NCBI GenBank assembly: GCA_002269645.1 | Contig: NIVC01002286.1 | Location: forward strand, 1 to 64,000 | DNA: 64,000 nt | Reading direction: 5' to 3' | Source of the DNA: Macrostomum lignano | Taxonomy: Eukaryota | In this document: positions 51,600 through 62,427 of the stretch, one piece after another | Position numbering within the stretch: the stretch's first letter is position 1 | How the letters are laid out: each line of letters begins with the position of its first letter | Notes under the pieces: generated by a model | Database searches by the model: none | What the model was told of the DNA's origin: nothing | Seen by the model: the letters and a program-made list of their open reading frames with translations, nothing else | Position numbers and translations under genes: made by a program

Positions 51600-52715
51600 T
51601 CACTCAGCCTCATTCTTCAACTCCACGGGCAGCAGCGGCAGCTCTCGACTGCCCGCCATCGCCGCGTCGTTACTCCGACGCTGCTGCAGCTGCTGGAGCT
51701 GCTGCTGCTGACGAGCCCGACGTTCGCCGCTATTAACGTTGGAGCACTCCGGCGTCACCATCGTGTGGAAGCTGGTGCGGAACTTCCTGTCAATGGGCAG
51801 GTAGATGAGGAAATTCACCGCGTTGTTGGTGTAAGACAGCATCATCAGGGCGTTGTTGAGAAGGAAGCTGCTCCGGCTGGTGGAGTAGTTGATGAAGGAG
51901 TGCGAGAACAGGTAGATCGCGCTGGGCAGGCTCGTGACCAGGTGGACGGTGCCGCTGACCAGAGCCACCTTGGCCACTGCCAGCTGCTTCTGCCTGCCGT
52001 CCTGGCTGCGCTTCCTGGTCTGAGCGGCCACGGTCGCCGCCGCTTCGCTTCTGGCCTCGCCGGCCGCCCTGGACATGGCCCTGGCGTGCTTCCGCAGGCA
52101 GCAGAAGATCGCCACGTTGAAGATGAGCAGCAGCGAGTCCGGCAGGGCGAAGTTTAGCAGGCTGTCAACGATGACGTAGTACTTGAAGAACTCGTTGTTG
52201 TACATGCAGCGCGGCTGGCCGGGCGGGGCCGTGGCGTTCCACGTGTGAGAGCGGACCAGAGGCACGTCCTTGACGCACAGCACGGCCAGCATCGCCAGCA
52301 GCACCTTCAGGACGTTGGCTTTGGTCATGAGCAGGCGCGACCGGATGGGGTAGGTCACGGCCAGGAACCGGTCCAGCACGATCAGCACCAGCACCCAGAT
52401 GGCCGAGTCGACGCACAGGTACGTCAGCGGTACGTGGGCAACGCAGACGGCAAAGCTCAGGTCCCGGATGTCCATGCTGAGGGTCTGCTGGATCCAGTAG
52501 CGAGTCACCGCCACGAGCAGCACGGAGCTGTCGGCGATCTGCAGCACAATGAGCAGCAGGTGGGTGCTCTCCTTGAACACGTCCGAGTTCCAGAAGATCT
52601 TCAGGCTGAGCATGTTGCCCACCGTGCCGAAGAAGACGATGACGGCTCCGTAGACGGAGACGCCGATGTTCACCGGGAAGATCTGGCTGGGCTGCTCCGG
52701 GCTACTTGAGTTCAT
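51600..52715 (-). CDS. Intronless orphan rhodopsin-family (class A, peptide-receptor-like) GPCR, 371 aa
   Basis: Seven hydrophobic segments; GTVGN (TM1), LQIADS (TM2), LDRFLAVTYP (TM3), LP (TM5/6), NNAVNFLIY (TM7); Cys pair at TM3/ECL2; N-terminal NSS glycosylation site. Confidence 0.93.
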   Translation of the reverse strand: MNSSSPEQPSQIFPVNIGVSVYGAVIVFFGTVGNMLSLKIFWNSDVFKESTHLLLIVLQIADSSVLLVAVTRYWIQQTLSMDIRDLSFAVCVAHVPLTYLCVDSAIWVLVLIVLDRFLAVTYPIRSRLLMTKANVLKVLLAMLAVLCVKDVPLVRSHTWNATAPPGQPRCMYNNEFFKYYVIVDSLLNFALPDSLLLIFNVAIFCCLRKHARAMSRAAGEARSEAAATVAAQTRKRSQDGRQKQLAVAKVALVSGTVHLVTSLPSAIYLFSHSFINYSTSRSSFLLNNALMMLSYTNNAVNFLIYLPIDRKFRTSFHTMVTPECSNVNSGERRARQQQQLQQLQQRRSNDAAMAGSRELPLLPVELKNEAE

Positions 52716-52807
52716 GATGATGTCGATTGTCTTCTTCTTTGGCGATCTGTTGTTCGGGGTGTTTCAGTCGAATGGCGTAGCTGGGTGGCTGCCCCTGGTC
52801 TTTAGTG

Positions 52808-52848
52808 CTTTATAAGCTCGATAGGTTTTCCAGCCGGCCTCTGATTGG
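52808..52848 (-). promoter_or_regulatory. CCAAT box (52848-52844) plus TATA box (TATAAAG, 52814-52808) upstream of the GPCR
   Basis: AGCCAATCAG lies 30 nt upstream of TATAAAG, which is ~95 nt upstream of the ATG at 52715. Confidence 0.55.
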
Positions 52849-53394
52849 CTGCGAGTCTCTGCAGCCCAGTCTCCCTTTGCCGGGAGATTAAATCTTGGGA
52901 CAAGACAGAGACGGCAGCTGCCGCTTCTTTTGTGGTAATTAACGGCTGAGCTCGAGAAGCTTTTGTCTCCTCTGCCGCCCCTTTGTCGACAACTCTTGTT
53001 GGTAGCTCTTAGATTGCTAATCCTCTTTGCTGTCTCCTAGTAGGCCCTCTGATAAGCGCTATTCCCGATCTGCACTCGTTCTGGGGAGTCTTAATCTGTT
53101 GCAAGCTTTAATCTCGGCATTTCACATCGGGTTTCGGTTTAAACAATGTCTGGCTTGCAGACGTAGGAAATTTTTCTTCATCGTCGCCTTAACCCCCTCC
53201 AAATCTTGGAGAAAATTCACTTAAGATGAAGATATCGAGATTGGCGCTTTGAGATTTAATCAAAGTGCCTTATTTCGGAAATTTCTTTCAAAGATAAAAA
53301 ATCCTTTGACAAATCTTGCCCTTTTCTGTTGTGATAGAGCTGTGTTCTTGTTTCTTCATCTTCCATATTAATCTTTCTGTCTGTCTCCTTCCAC

Positions 53395-53910
53395 TCTCCT
53401 CCTCCCCTCTCATCCCCATCTCCTCCTTCCCCTCTCCTCCTTTCCCCTCTCTTCCTTTCCCCTCTCCTCCTTTCCCCTCTCCTCCTTTCCCCTCTCCTCC
53501 TTTCCCCTCTCCTCCTTTCCCCTCTCCTCCTCTCTCCTCCTTCCCCTCTCCTCCTTTCCCCTCTCTTCCTTTCCCCTCTCCTCCTTTCCCCTCTCCTCCT
53601 TTCCCCTCTCCTCCTTTCCCCTCTCCTCCTTTCCCCTCTCCTCCTTCCCTCTCCTCCTTCCCCCTCTCCTCCTTCCCTCTCCTCCTTCCCCCTCTCCTCC
53701 TTCCCTCTCCTCCTTCCCCTCTCCTCCTTCCCTCTCCTCCTTCCCCTCTCCTCCTTCCCTCTCCTCCTTCCCCCTCTCCTCCTTCCCTCTCCTCCTCCCC
53801 CCTCTCCTCCTTCCCTCTCCTCCTTCCCCCTCTCCTCCTTCCCTCTCCTCCTTCCCCCTCTCCTCCTTCCCTCTCCTCCTTCCCCCTCTCCTCCTTCCCT
53901 CTCCTCCTTC
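53395..53910. repeat. Polypyrimidine tract (TTCCCCTCTCCTCCT)n
   Basis: Only C and T on the + strand. Confidence 0.95.
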
Positions 53911-54473
53911 CCTATCACCCACCCAATGTCTGTGGCAATACAAGGAATGCGATGACCCAAGCAAGGAAACGAAACGGCAGTCTTGAATGAAAAGATTTTT
54001 TAATTTACAAAACTTGGCTACAGTTCAATGCCTTTCTTCTCGTCTTGAACGATAAAATTTCAATAACTTTTGTAGGATAAAAATTCAAACTGCAAGTACG
54101 CAATTCGAGCGAGAAGATGGTCAATATTTTTACTTGAGCATTTCATCAGCGTTTTAATGCTTTATAGTTTGATGTGTATTTACGTATTTATTAGAATTGT
54201 AGCGAAGCCAATATGCATGGAATAGCAATAAGCGAAATATGAAGCATTGAAAAATGAAATACGCTAAAAAGCGTAAAAATGAATTAGCCGAAAATAATAC
54301 ACATAGATGCGGTTCTGGGTTATTAAGGTTAACCGTCAAGTCTCCCAGAGGGAGGCCACGGAGAGCAAAACAACAGGATTAAATCCAGTCAAATGGTATT
54401 GAGACTTTGCTTGTACAGTTAAGGCCATGCAGACCCTCTCCTGTGCAGCTGAGGCATGCCCTTCATTCCACTC

Positions 54474-54916
54474 GTCACTCTCCCCATCACTCTACTCATC
54501 ACTCTCCCCATCACTCTATCGATCACTCTACCCATCACTCTACCCATCACTCTACTCATCACTCTCCCTATCACTCTCCCCATCACTCTACTCATCCCTC
54601 TACCCATCACTCTATCGATCACTCTACCCGTCACTCTACTCATCCCTCTACCCATCACTCTATCGATCACTCTACCCATCACTCTACCCATCACTCTACT
54701 CATCACTCTCCCCATCACTCTACCCGTCACTCTACCCATCACTCTATCGATCACTCTACCCATCACTCTACCCATCACTCTCCCCATCACTCTCCCCATC
54801 ACTCTACCCGTCACTCTACTCATCACTCTACTCATCACTCTACTCATCCCTCTACCCATCACTCTATCGATCACTCTACCCATCACTCTACCCGTCACTC
54901 TACCCGTCACTACCCA
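54474..54916. repeat. 12-bp minisatellite (CATCACTCTACC)n directly after the ETS stop codon
   Basis: Visible period. Confidence 0.93.
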
Positions 54917-57900
54917 TCACTCACCGTCCGGCACCGGGTGCGGCCGGACCCCGCATCGCTGAAAGAACTCGTCAGGCGAGCAGCGCACGATGTCAAACAT
55001 GTCCCGCGCGAAACGGTAGACATATCGCTTGCCGGAAGTTTTCTCAATGATGCGCTTGTCATAATAGTACCTGAGGCCTCTGCTGAGCTTCTCGTAGTTC
55101 ATCTTGGGCTTATTCTTCCGCCGGCCCTGCGGAGTAGAACGGAGAAATTAGGTCAAAGAACAGCGAAACAATTTGTAAAATGATCTCGAACTGAGTCATT
55201 TTAATATCCAAGTAACTCCCTTCTGATCCCAAATCCCAATGATCCCAAATCCCAATGATCCCAAATCCCAATGATCCCAAATCCCAATAATCCCAAATCC
55301 CAATGATCCCAAATCCCAATGATCCCAAATCCCAATGATCCCAAATCCCAATAATCCCAAATCCCAATGATCCCAAATCCCAATGATCCCAAATCCCAAT
55401 AATCCCAAATCCCAATGATCCCCAAATCCCAGTGATCCCCAAATCCCAATGATCCCAAATCCCAATGATCCCAAATCCCAATAATCCCAAATCCCAATGA
55501 TCCCCAAGTCCCAATGATCCCCAAATCCCAATGATCCCCAAATCCCAGTGATCCCTAAATCCCAATGATCCCCAAATCCCAATGATCCCCAAATCCCAAT
55601 GATCCCCAAATCCCAATGATCCCCAAATCCCAATGATCCCCAAATCCCAATGATCCCAAATCCCAATGATCCCGAATCCCAATGATCCCCAAATCCCAAT
55701 GATCCCCAAATCCCAATGATCCCCAAATCCCAATGATCCCCAAATCCCAATGATCCCCAAATCCCAATGATCCCGAATCCCAATGATCCCCAAATCCCAA
55801 TGATCCCCAAATCCCAATGATCCCAAATCCCAATGATCCTCAAATCCAAATGATCCCCAAATCCCAATGATCCCCAAATCCCAATGATCCCAAATCCCAA
55901 TAATCCCAAATCCCAATGATCCCGAATTCCAATGATCCCAAATCCCAATGATCCCAAATCCCAATGATCCCCAAATACCAATGATCCCCAAATACCAATG
56001 ATCCCCAAATCCCAATTATCCCCAAATCCCAGCGATCCCTAAATCCCAATGATACTAAAATCCCAGTGATCCTCAAATCCCAGTGATCCTCAAATCCCAA
56101 TGATCCCCAAATCCCAATGATCCCCAAATCCCAATGATCCCCAAATCCCAATGATCCCAAATCCCAATGATCCCCAAATACCAATGATCCCCAAATCCCA
56201 ATGATCACCAAATCCCAGTGATCCCTAAATCCCAATGATACTAAAATCCCAGTGATCCTCAAATCCCAGTGATCCTCAAATTTCAATGATCCCCAAATCC
56301 TAATGATCCTCAAATCCAAATGATCCCCAAATGCCAATGATCCCCAAATCCCAATGATCCCCAAATTCCAGTGATCCCCAAATCCCAATGACCTAAAATT
56401 CCAGTGATCCTCAAATCCCAATGATTCCTAAGTTCCAATAACTAAGAAGTCCCAATGATCCCAATGTCCCAAAATCCCAAAGAACCTACTAAAGTCCCAA
56501 TGATCCCAGAGTCCCAGTGATCCCAAAAATCCCGAATTTTCCGAAAGTCCCAATGCTCCCAAAGGCCCCATGATCCTAAAGTATATTTGTTAAAAATTAA
56601 GAAATCCAGAAACTTAAAATGGTTTGTCGGTGGTATCTATCTATGTCTGTCGGTGTGTGATCGTTTCGTTTCGATCATTTCGTAGAAATATGCAAAAACG
56701 GCCTTGTATGTAGCTGCTTTTCTAAGGGGTTTTCTGGACCTGGACCTGTTCTTACAGAAGTGCTGCGGCCTGCTATTGTCTATCAGCAGCAACTGTTACT
56801 TCACTCCGCAATGGCTGAGTCTGAGTCGTTAGCGGGGGCGAGCTCTGAGCGTTGGTGTATTAATGGATTAGCATAATCTCCGATGCAGGTGAAACTTAAT
56901 GCAATTTTTCCATTAAAATAATTACAAAAGTCAGACAGGCCCTGTCTAGGCATAAATTTTTAAGAAACTTGAATCAAAATTTCAGTATTTTGAGTCCAAT
57001 TTTTAATTAAATAATGCACGGAACATCCGTCTGTCTGCCACAATAGCATTGCACTACGAGTATTGACCTGCACTACACTAATGAAAGTAGGACTTGTGGG
57101 ACATTTGTTTTAGAAAGGGGCATTGAAGAGAGCGGAGAGGGTGGGGACAGGGGGAGAGTGGCGGGTAGGGGAGAGTGGCGGGTAGGGGGAGAGTGGCGGG
57201 CAGGGGGAGAGTGGCGGGTAGGGGGAGAGTGGCGGGCAGGGGGAGAGTGGCGGGCAGGGGGAGAGTGGCGGGCAGGGGAGAGTGGCGGGCAGGGGGAGAG
57301 TGGCGGGCAGGGGGAGAGTGGCGGACAGGGGGAGAGTGGCGGATAGAGGCAAAGTCGAGGCCGCATCCAGCACAGCACAGGCCCAGGCCGCTCACCCATC
57401 TCTTTGCCACCTCCTCGGGATCCTTTAGTTTGAACTCCCACTGCGCCTGGCCGGTCCAGCAGATGTAGCTCTCGGAGGCTGGGCTGCTCAGTTCGTCTAG
57501 CAAGAATCTCCACAGCTGGACCTGGCCGCCGCCTCCTCCGCCTCCAACGCCGCCGCCGCCACTGCTGCTGCTGACGGCTGCATCGAAGTCTGCAGCCGAC
57601 GTCGATGCTGTGTCGGTAGAAGCTCGCCGAGCTGCAGCCGCGGCCAGTTTGGACGATTCGCCCGGCGGCAGCAGCCGGACGGTCCGCCCTGAAGCGCCTC
57701 GGTGACTGCCTGCCGCGATGGGAGGGCGATGGGAGGCTGGAGTCGGTGCGAAACCCAGAGAGTAACTCCTCCATCACTCCCTTGTCGACCATTCTCGTCA
57801 ATCTTTTATCCTCTCCTGTCACATCTCCGAGTCACTCCTCCATCGTAAATTGCAGTACTTAACGAGAAATGACCCGCTCAGGCATGCGAGCTCGTATTTA

Positions 57901-60900
57901 TAATATTTATAATACGAGCTTTATGTCAGGCTGCATGAAACCACCACAAATACTAGAATAACTAGATGGGCCACTCAGCACATTTGCGTGTAAACTACTT
58001 TCAGTTCAGTACAGTAAGTTTAACAGAAGCATTTTAATGTGTTTTTAAAGCCAAGGCTCCTTTATTGGCTCTCACCCTCTCTCCCCAGTTTAAACCCTCC
58101 AACCACCGCGCTTTTCCACACTACACCCCCTCCCCCCAGTTTAAAACCTCCAACCACCGCGCTTTTCCACACTACACCCCCTCCCTCAGTTTAAACCCTC
58201 CAACCGCACTTTTCCACACTACACCCCCTCCCCCCAGTTTAAACCCTCCAACCGCGCTTTTCCACACTACACCCCCTCCCCCCAGTTTAAACCCTCCAAC
58301 CGCACTTTTCCACACTACACCCCCTCCCCCCAGTTTAAACCCTCCAACCGCGCTTTTCCGCACTACACCCCCTCCCCCCAGTTTAAACCCTCCAACCGCG
58401 CTTTTCCGCACTACACTCCCGCCCCGCCCCAATTTTTATTGCCTTTCTCTGAATTCCAGCCTAAAGCCGCCATGTACATTTCAGTGGACTGGCTAATGTA
58501 CATTATTGCTGAACCAATTAGCAAGTTATTTACGCCTGCAAAAGTGCAAGCTTGGGCTTCTAAACCTATCAATGTCATTTTAGATGCCTTTATAAAATAG
58601 CTTATGTATTCTTCTTTGCTACTGAACTGAAAGTAGAAAGCTGTTTTACTAAGCATATATGCCTGAGTGGCCCATCTAGTTATTTTAGTTCCTGGACCGA
58701 CGTGAATGCAACTGCAATACCTGGTAATATCTTACTTAAAGTAACAATAGCAGAATATTAGTTTGCATAAAATTATTTACAAGGAACGTTTACTTGATGC
58801 TCTACTGATAGTAGAAATATAAGAAACATACGTTAAAAAACTAACGACACACAACTTACACTTTGCAGTCTTCTGCTGCCGCAGCGGCTGCTGTTGGCAT
58901 TGCTCGGCCGGCTCGGTTTTGAAGTCGTCTTTTGCTGCTACTGGAAAATGCTGCTGAGTCGATGACGCGCCGGCTGTTGCCATGGCAGCACCGGGGAAGT
59001 TGTTGGTTAGAAACATCTGATGCTGTTGCTGGTAAACTGACTGACTGATTGCGGTTTGATAATCAGCTGACTCGGCTGCGCAGATGTATGCCGGTTCCTG
59101 AACTGCTAGCTGGTAGGCTGCGGGCTGGTGCTGCTGATAGTAGTGCTGGTACTGCAGCTGGTGCTGCTGATCGGCTGATAAGAACGCCTGGTCTGCACCG
59201 CGGATCTCAATTGGGTCATCATAGCTCTGCTGTAGATGCTGCTGCTGCACCTGATATACTGGCGGCAGCTGGCACTGCTGATAATAGACAGCAGCTCCTG
59301 TGCGATTTGGGTGGCGCCAAAGCAGTTCAGTGATGTTTTATTGAGATTTTTGTCTATGTTTAATCCAGGACACCTGGCTCACTGTCCGGCTGTGCAAGAC
59401 TAACCATTTGACTGAGTCCTCTATTGAGGTAGAGGGACAAAATCCGCTTCCCATGTCTCATCTCCCCCATTTCTCCTATGTCTCTCCAATCTCCCTCATC
59501 TCTCTTTCCCATCTCTCCCATCTCTCTCATCTCTCCCATTTCCCTATGTCTCTCCAATCTCCCTCATCTCTCTTTCCCATCTCTCCCATCTCTCTCATCT
59601 CTCCCATCTCTCCCCAACCTCACCCATCGCTCCCATCTCTTTCCCATCTCTTTCCCATCTCTTTCCCATCTCTCCCATCTCTTTCCCATCTCTTTCCCAT
59701 CTCTCCCATCTCTCCCACCTCTCCGATCTGTCCCATCTCTCTCCCATCTCTCCCATCTCTCCAATCTCTTTCCTATCTCTTTCCCATCTCTCCCATCTCT
59801 CCGATCTGTCCCATCTCTCTCCCATCTCTCCCACCTCTCCGATCTGTCCCATCTCTTCTCTCATTTCTCCCATCTCTCCGATCTCTCCCACCTCTCCGAT
59901 CTGTCCCATCTCTTCTCTCATTTCTCCCATCTCTCCGATCTCTCCCACCTCTCCGATCTGTCCCATCTCTCTCCCATCTCTCCCATCTCTCCAATCTCTT
60001 TCCTATCTCTTTCCCATCTCTCCCATCTCTCCCACCTCTCCGATCTGTCCCATCTCTTCTCTCATTTCTCCCATCTCTCCGATCTCTCCCACCTCTCCGA
60101 TCTGTCCCATCTCTCTCCCATCTCTCCCATCTCTCCGATCTCTCCCACCTCTCCGATCTGTCCCATCTCTTCTCTCATTTCTCCCATCTCTCCGATCTCT
60201 CCCACCTCTCCGATCTGTCCCATCTCTCTCCCATCTCTCCCATCTCTCCAATCTCTTTCCTATCTCTTTCCCATCTCTCCCATCTCTCCCACCTCTCCGA
60301 TCTGTCCCATCTCTTCTCTCATTTCTCCCATCTCTCCGATCTCTCCCACCTCTCCGATCTGTCCCATCTCTCTCTCTTCTCTCCCATCTCTCCAATCTCT
60401 GTCCCATCTCTTTCCCATCTCTCCCATCTCTCCCATCTCTCCGATCTGTCCCATCTCTTCTCTCATTTCTCCCACCTCTCCGATCTGTCCCATCTCTTCT
60501 CTCATTTCTCCCATCTCTCCGATCTCTCCCATCTCTCTCCCATCTCTCCCATCTCTCTCCCAGCTCTTTCCCATCTCTTTCCCATCTCTCCCATCTCTCT
60601 CCCAGCTCTTTCCCATCTCTTTCCCATCTCTCCCATCTCTCTTATCTCCCTCACTCACCCTGAGCTGCCCCAGTCAGAGCAGCACCATCTGGCCAGCCGC
60701 TGTAGCAACCGGTCCCTGCGGCGGCGGCCATCCTGTTGGCAGACTCGACAGCTTCCGGGCCGCCGCCGCAACTCGGCGCTGCAACGTCAGAAAACAGCAG
60801 GTGCTGCGGCTGAACGAGGGGTCCAGGCTGGTGCTGCAGTTGATAATGACCCACTTCCACCTGCTGTTGTTGCTGCAGCAGCTGCTGCTGCTGCTGCGCC

Positions 60901-60920
60901 TCACTCTGCGCTGACGGCAT
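54917..60920 (-). CDS. ETS1: ETS1/ETS2/pointed-class transcription factor, ~416 aa; exons 60920-60659, 59297-58860, 57736-57396 and 55126-54917
   Basis: ETS domain [32 protein letters not shown]|[35 protein letters not shown]. The RGLRYYYDK signature is ETS1/2-type. All junctions are GT-AG and phase-consistent (1,1,0). Start codon tentative. Confidence 0.9.
55223..56580. repeat. 17-19-bp minisatellite (CCCAAATCCCAATGATC)n in the last ETS intron
   Basis: Visible period; produces the spurious [11 protein letters not shown] ORFs. Confidence 0.96.
57150..57342. repeat. 18-19-bp G-rich minisatellite (GGGGAGAGTGGCGGGCAG)n
   Basis: About 10 copies, ~55 nt into the ETS intron. Confidence 0.92.
58084..58420. 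repeat. 48-bp minisatellite (CAGTTTAAACCCTCCAACCGCGCTTTTCCACACTACACCCCCTCCCCC)n in ETS intron 2
   Basis: About 7 copies. Confidence 0.92.
59450..60650. repeat. CT-rich 10-bp-based array (CTCTCCCATC)n with higher-order blocks in ETS intron 1
   Basis: Starts immediately after the donor at 60658. Confidence 0.93.
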
Positions 60921-61144
60921 CGAATCAGTTCGAGTTGTGAAATTTTCAATCGCTCGCTTTTCCTGTTTTGCCGGAAGAGAGCCGAGACCTCCGCCGTGCA
61001 CGCAGCCTTATGCAGCCCCGTCCGTGTTAGTTGGCCTTTTTTGCATTGGCAATCATGGCCTGCCTCCCTGCCCTTCCAGCTCGCTTCTCATTGGCTGCGC
61101 GAACGCAACGGCTGCGACCGAGGTCGGCTAATGGCGCTCTCTGG

Positions 61145-61875
61145 TGATGATAATGATGAGCGATTCTCTGAGATAACGAGAGATTCTCCGAGATAATGAG
61201 CGATTCTCTGAGATATTGGAGCGATTCTCTGAGATAATGAGCCATTTTCTGACATAATGACCATTTTTCTGAGTTATTGAGTGTTTCTCTGAGATAATGA
61301 GAGATTCTCTGAGATAATGAGCGATTCTCTGAGATAATGAGCGATTCTCTGAGATAATGAGCGATTCTCTGAGATAATGAGCGATTCTCTGAGATAATGA
61401 GCCATTTTCTGAGATAATGAGCGATTCTCTGAGATAATGAGCGATTCTCTGAGATAATGAGCGATTCTCTGAGATAATGAGCGATGCTGAGAGATAATGA
61501 GCGATGCTGAGAGATAATGAGCGATTCTCTGAGATAATGAGCGATTCTCTGAGATAATGAGCGATTCTCTGAGATAATGAGCCATTTTCTGAGATAATGA
61601 GCGATTCTCTGAGATAATGAGCGATTCTCTGAGATAATGAGCCATTTTCTGAGATAATGAGCGATTCTCTGAGATAATGAGCGATTCTCTGAGATAATGA
61701 GCGATGCTGAGAGATAATGAGCGATGCTGAGAGATAATGAGCGATGCTGAGAGATAATGAGCGATGCTGAGAGATAATGAGCGATGCTGAGAGATAATGA
61801 GCGATTCTCTGAGATAATGAGCGATTCTCCGAGATAATGAGCGATTCTCTGAGATAATGAGCGATTCTCTGAGTA
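61145..61875. repeat. 20-bp minisatellite (GAGATAATGAGCGATTCTCT)n
   Basis: Visible period. Confidence 0.96.
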
Positions 61876-62427
61876 ATAATGATTGATTTTTCGGAACAGG
61901 GTTGGTATTTAAAAGTAAAACATATCGGAGCTGATTAGGTTGAGTTTAACCCCCGTCAGTCGCCTTCAATTACTGCAGTTACCAGCAGTAACTGAAGAGT
62001 CCAACTAACAGGCATGCATATTCAAATAATTATTAATAATTCAAATTCCAGTGGTTAGGCAGGCAACAGTTACGACAAGAATTGAACATGTAATTTTGGC
62101 TGCAGTGTCTGCACAGGTGACAGTGCGAACCGGCAGGGGTTTGCAATGCATAATATTTGCATATGAAATTAGTCCTGCGAAATTTCCCTCTATGGCTTGA
62201 ACTGTATCGGGGGCCGCTGGCGGCTTGGATTCTCAGCGTTCGAAGTGTCATCTTTCCTTCGATGACCATCTCCCCTCCCAATCTCGTATCGAGTAACGGG
62301 CAAAAGTTTTATAGAAATTCCTGGCATTGTGTAGAAATTCATTTTGACTCCAAGTTCACGCGTTGAGTGAACTGCAATTTGTACATGCTGATGTTGGAAT
62401 AGAATTTCGTAGTTTGAAACAGCCTAA

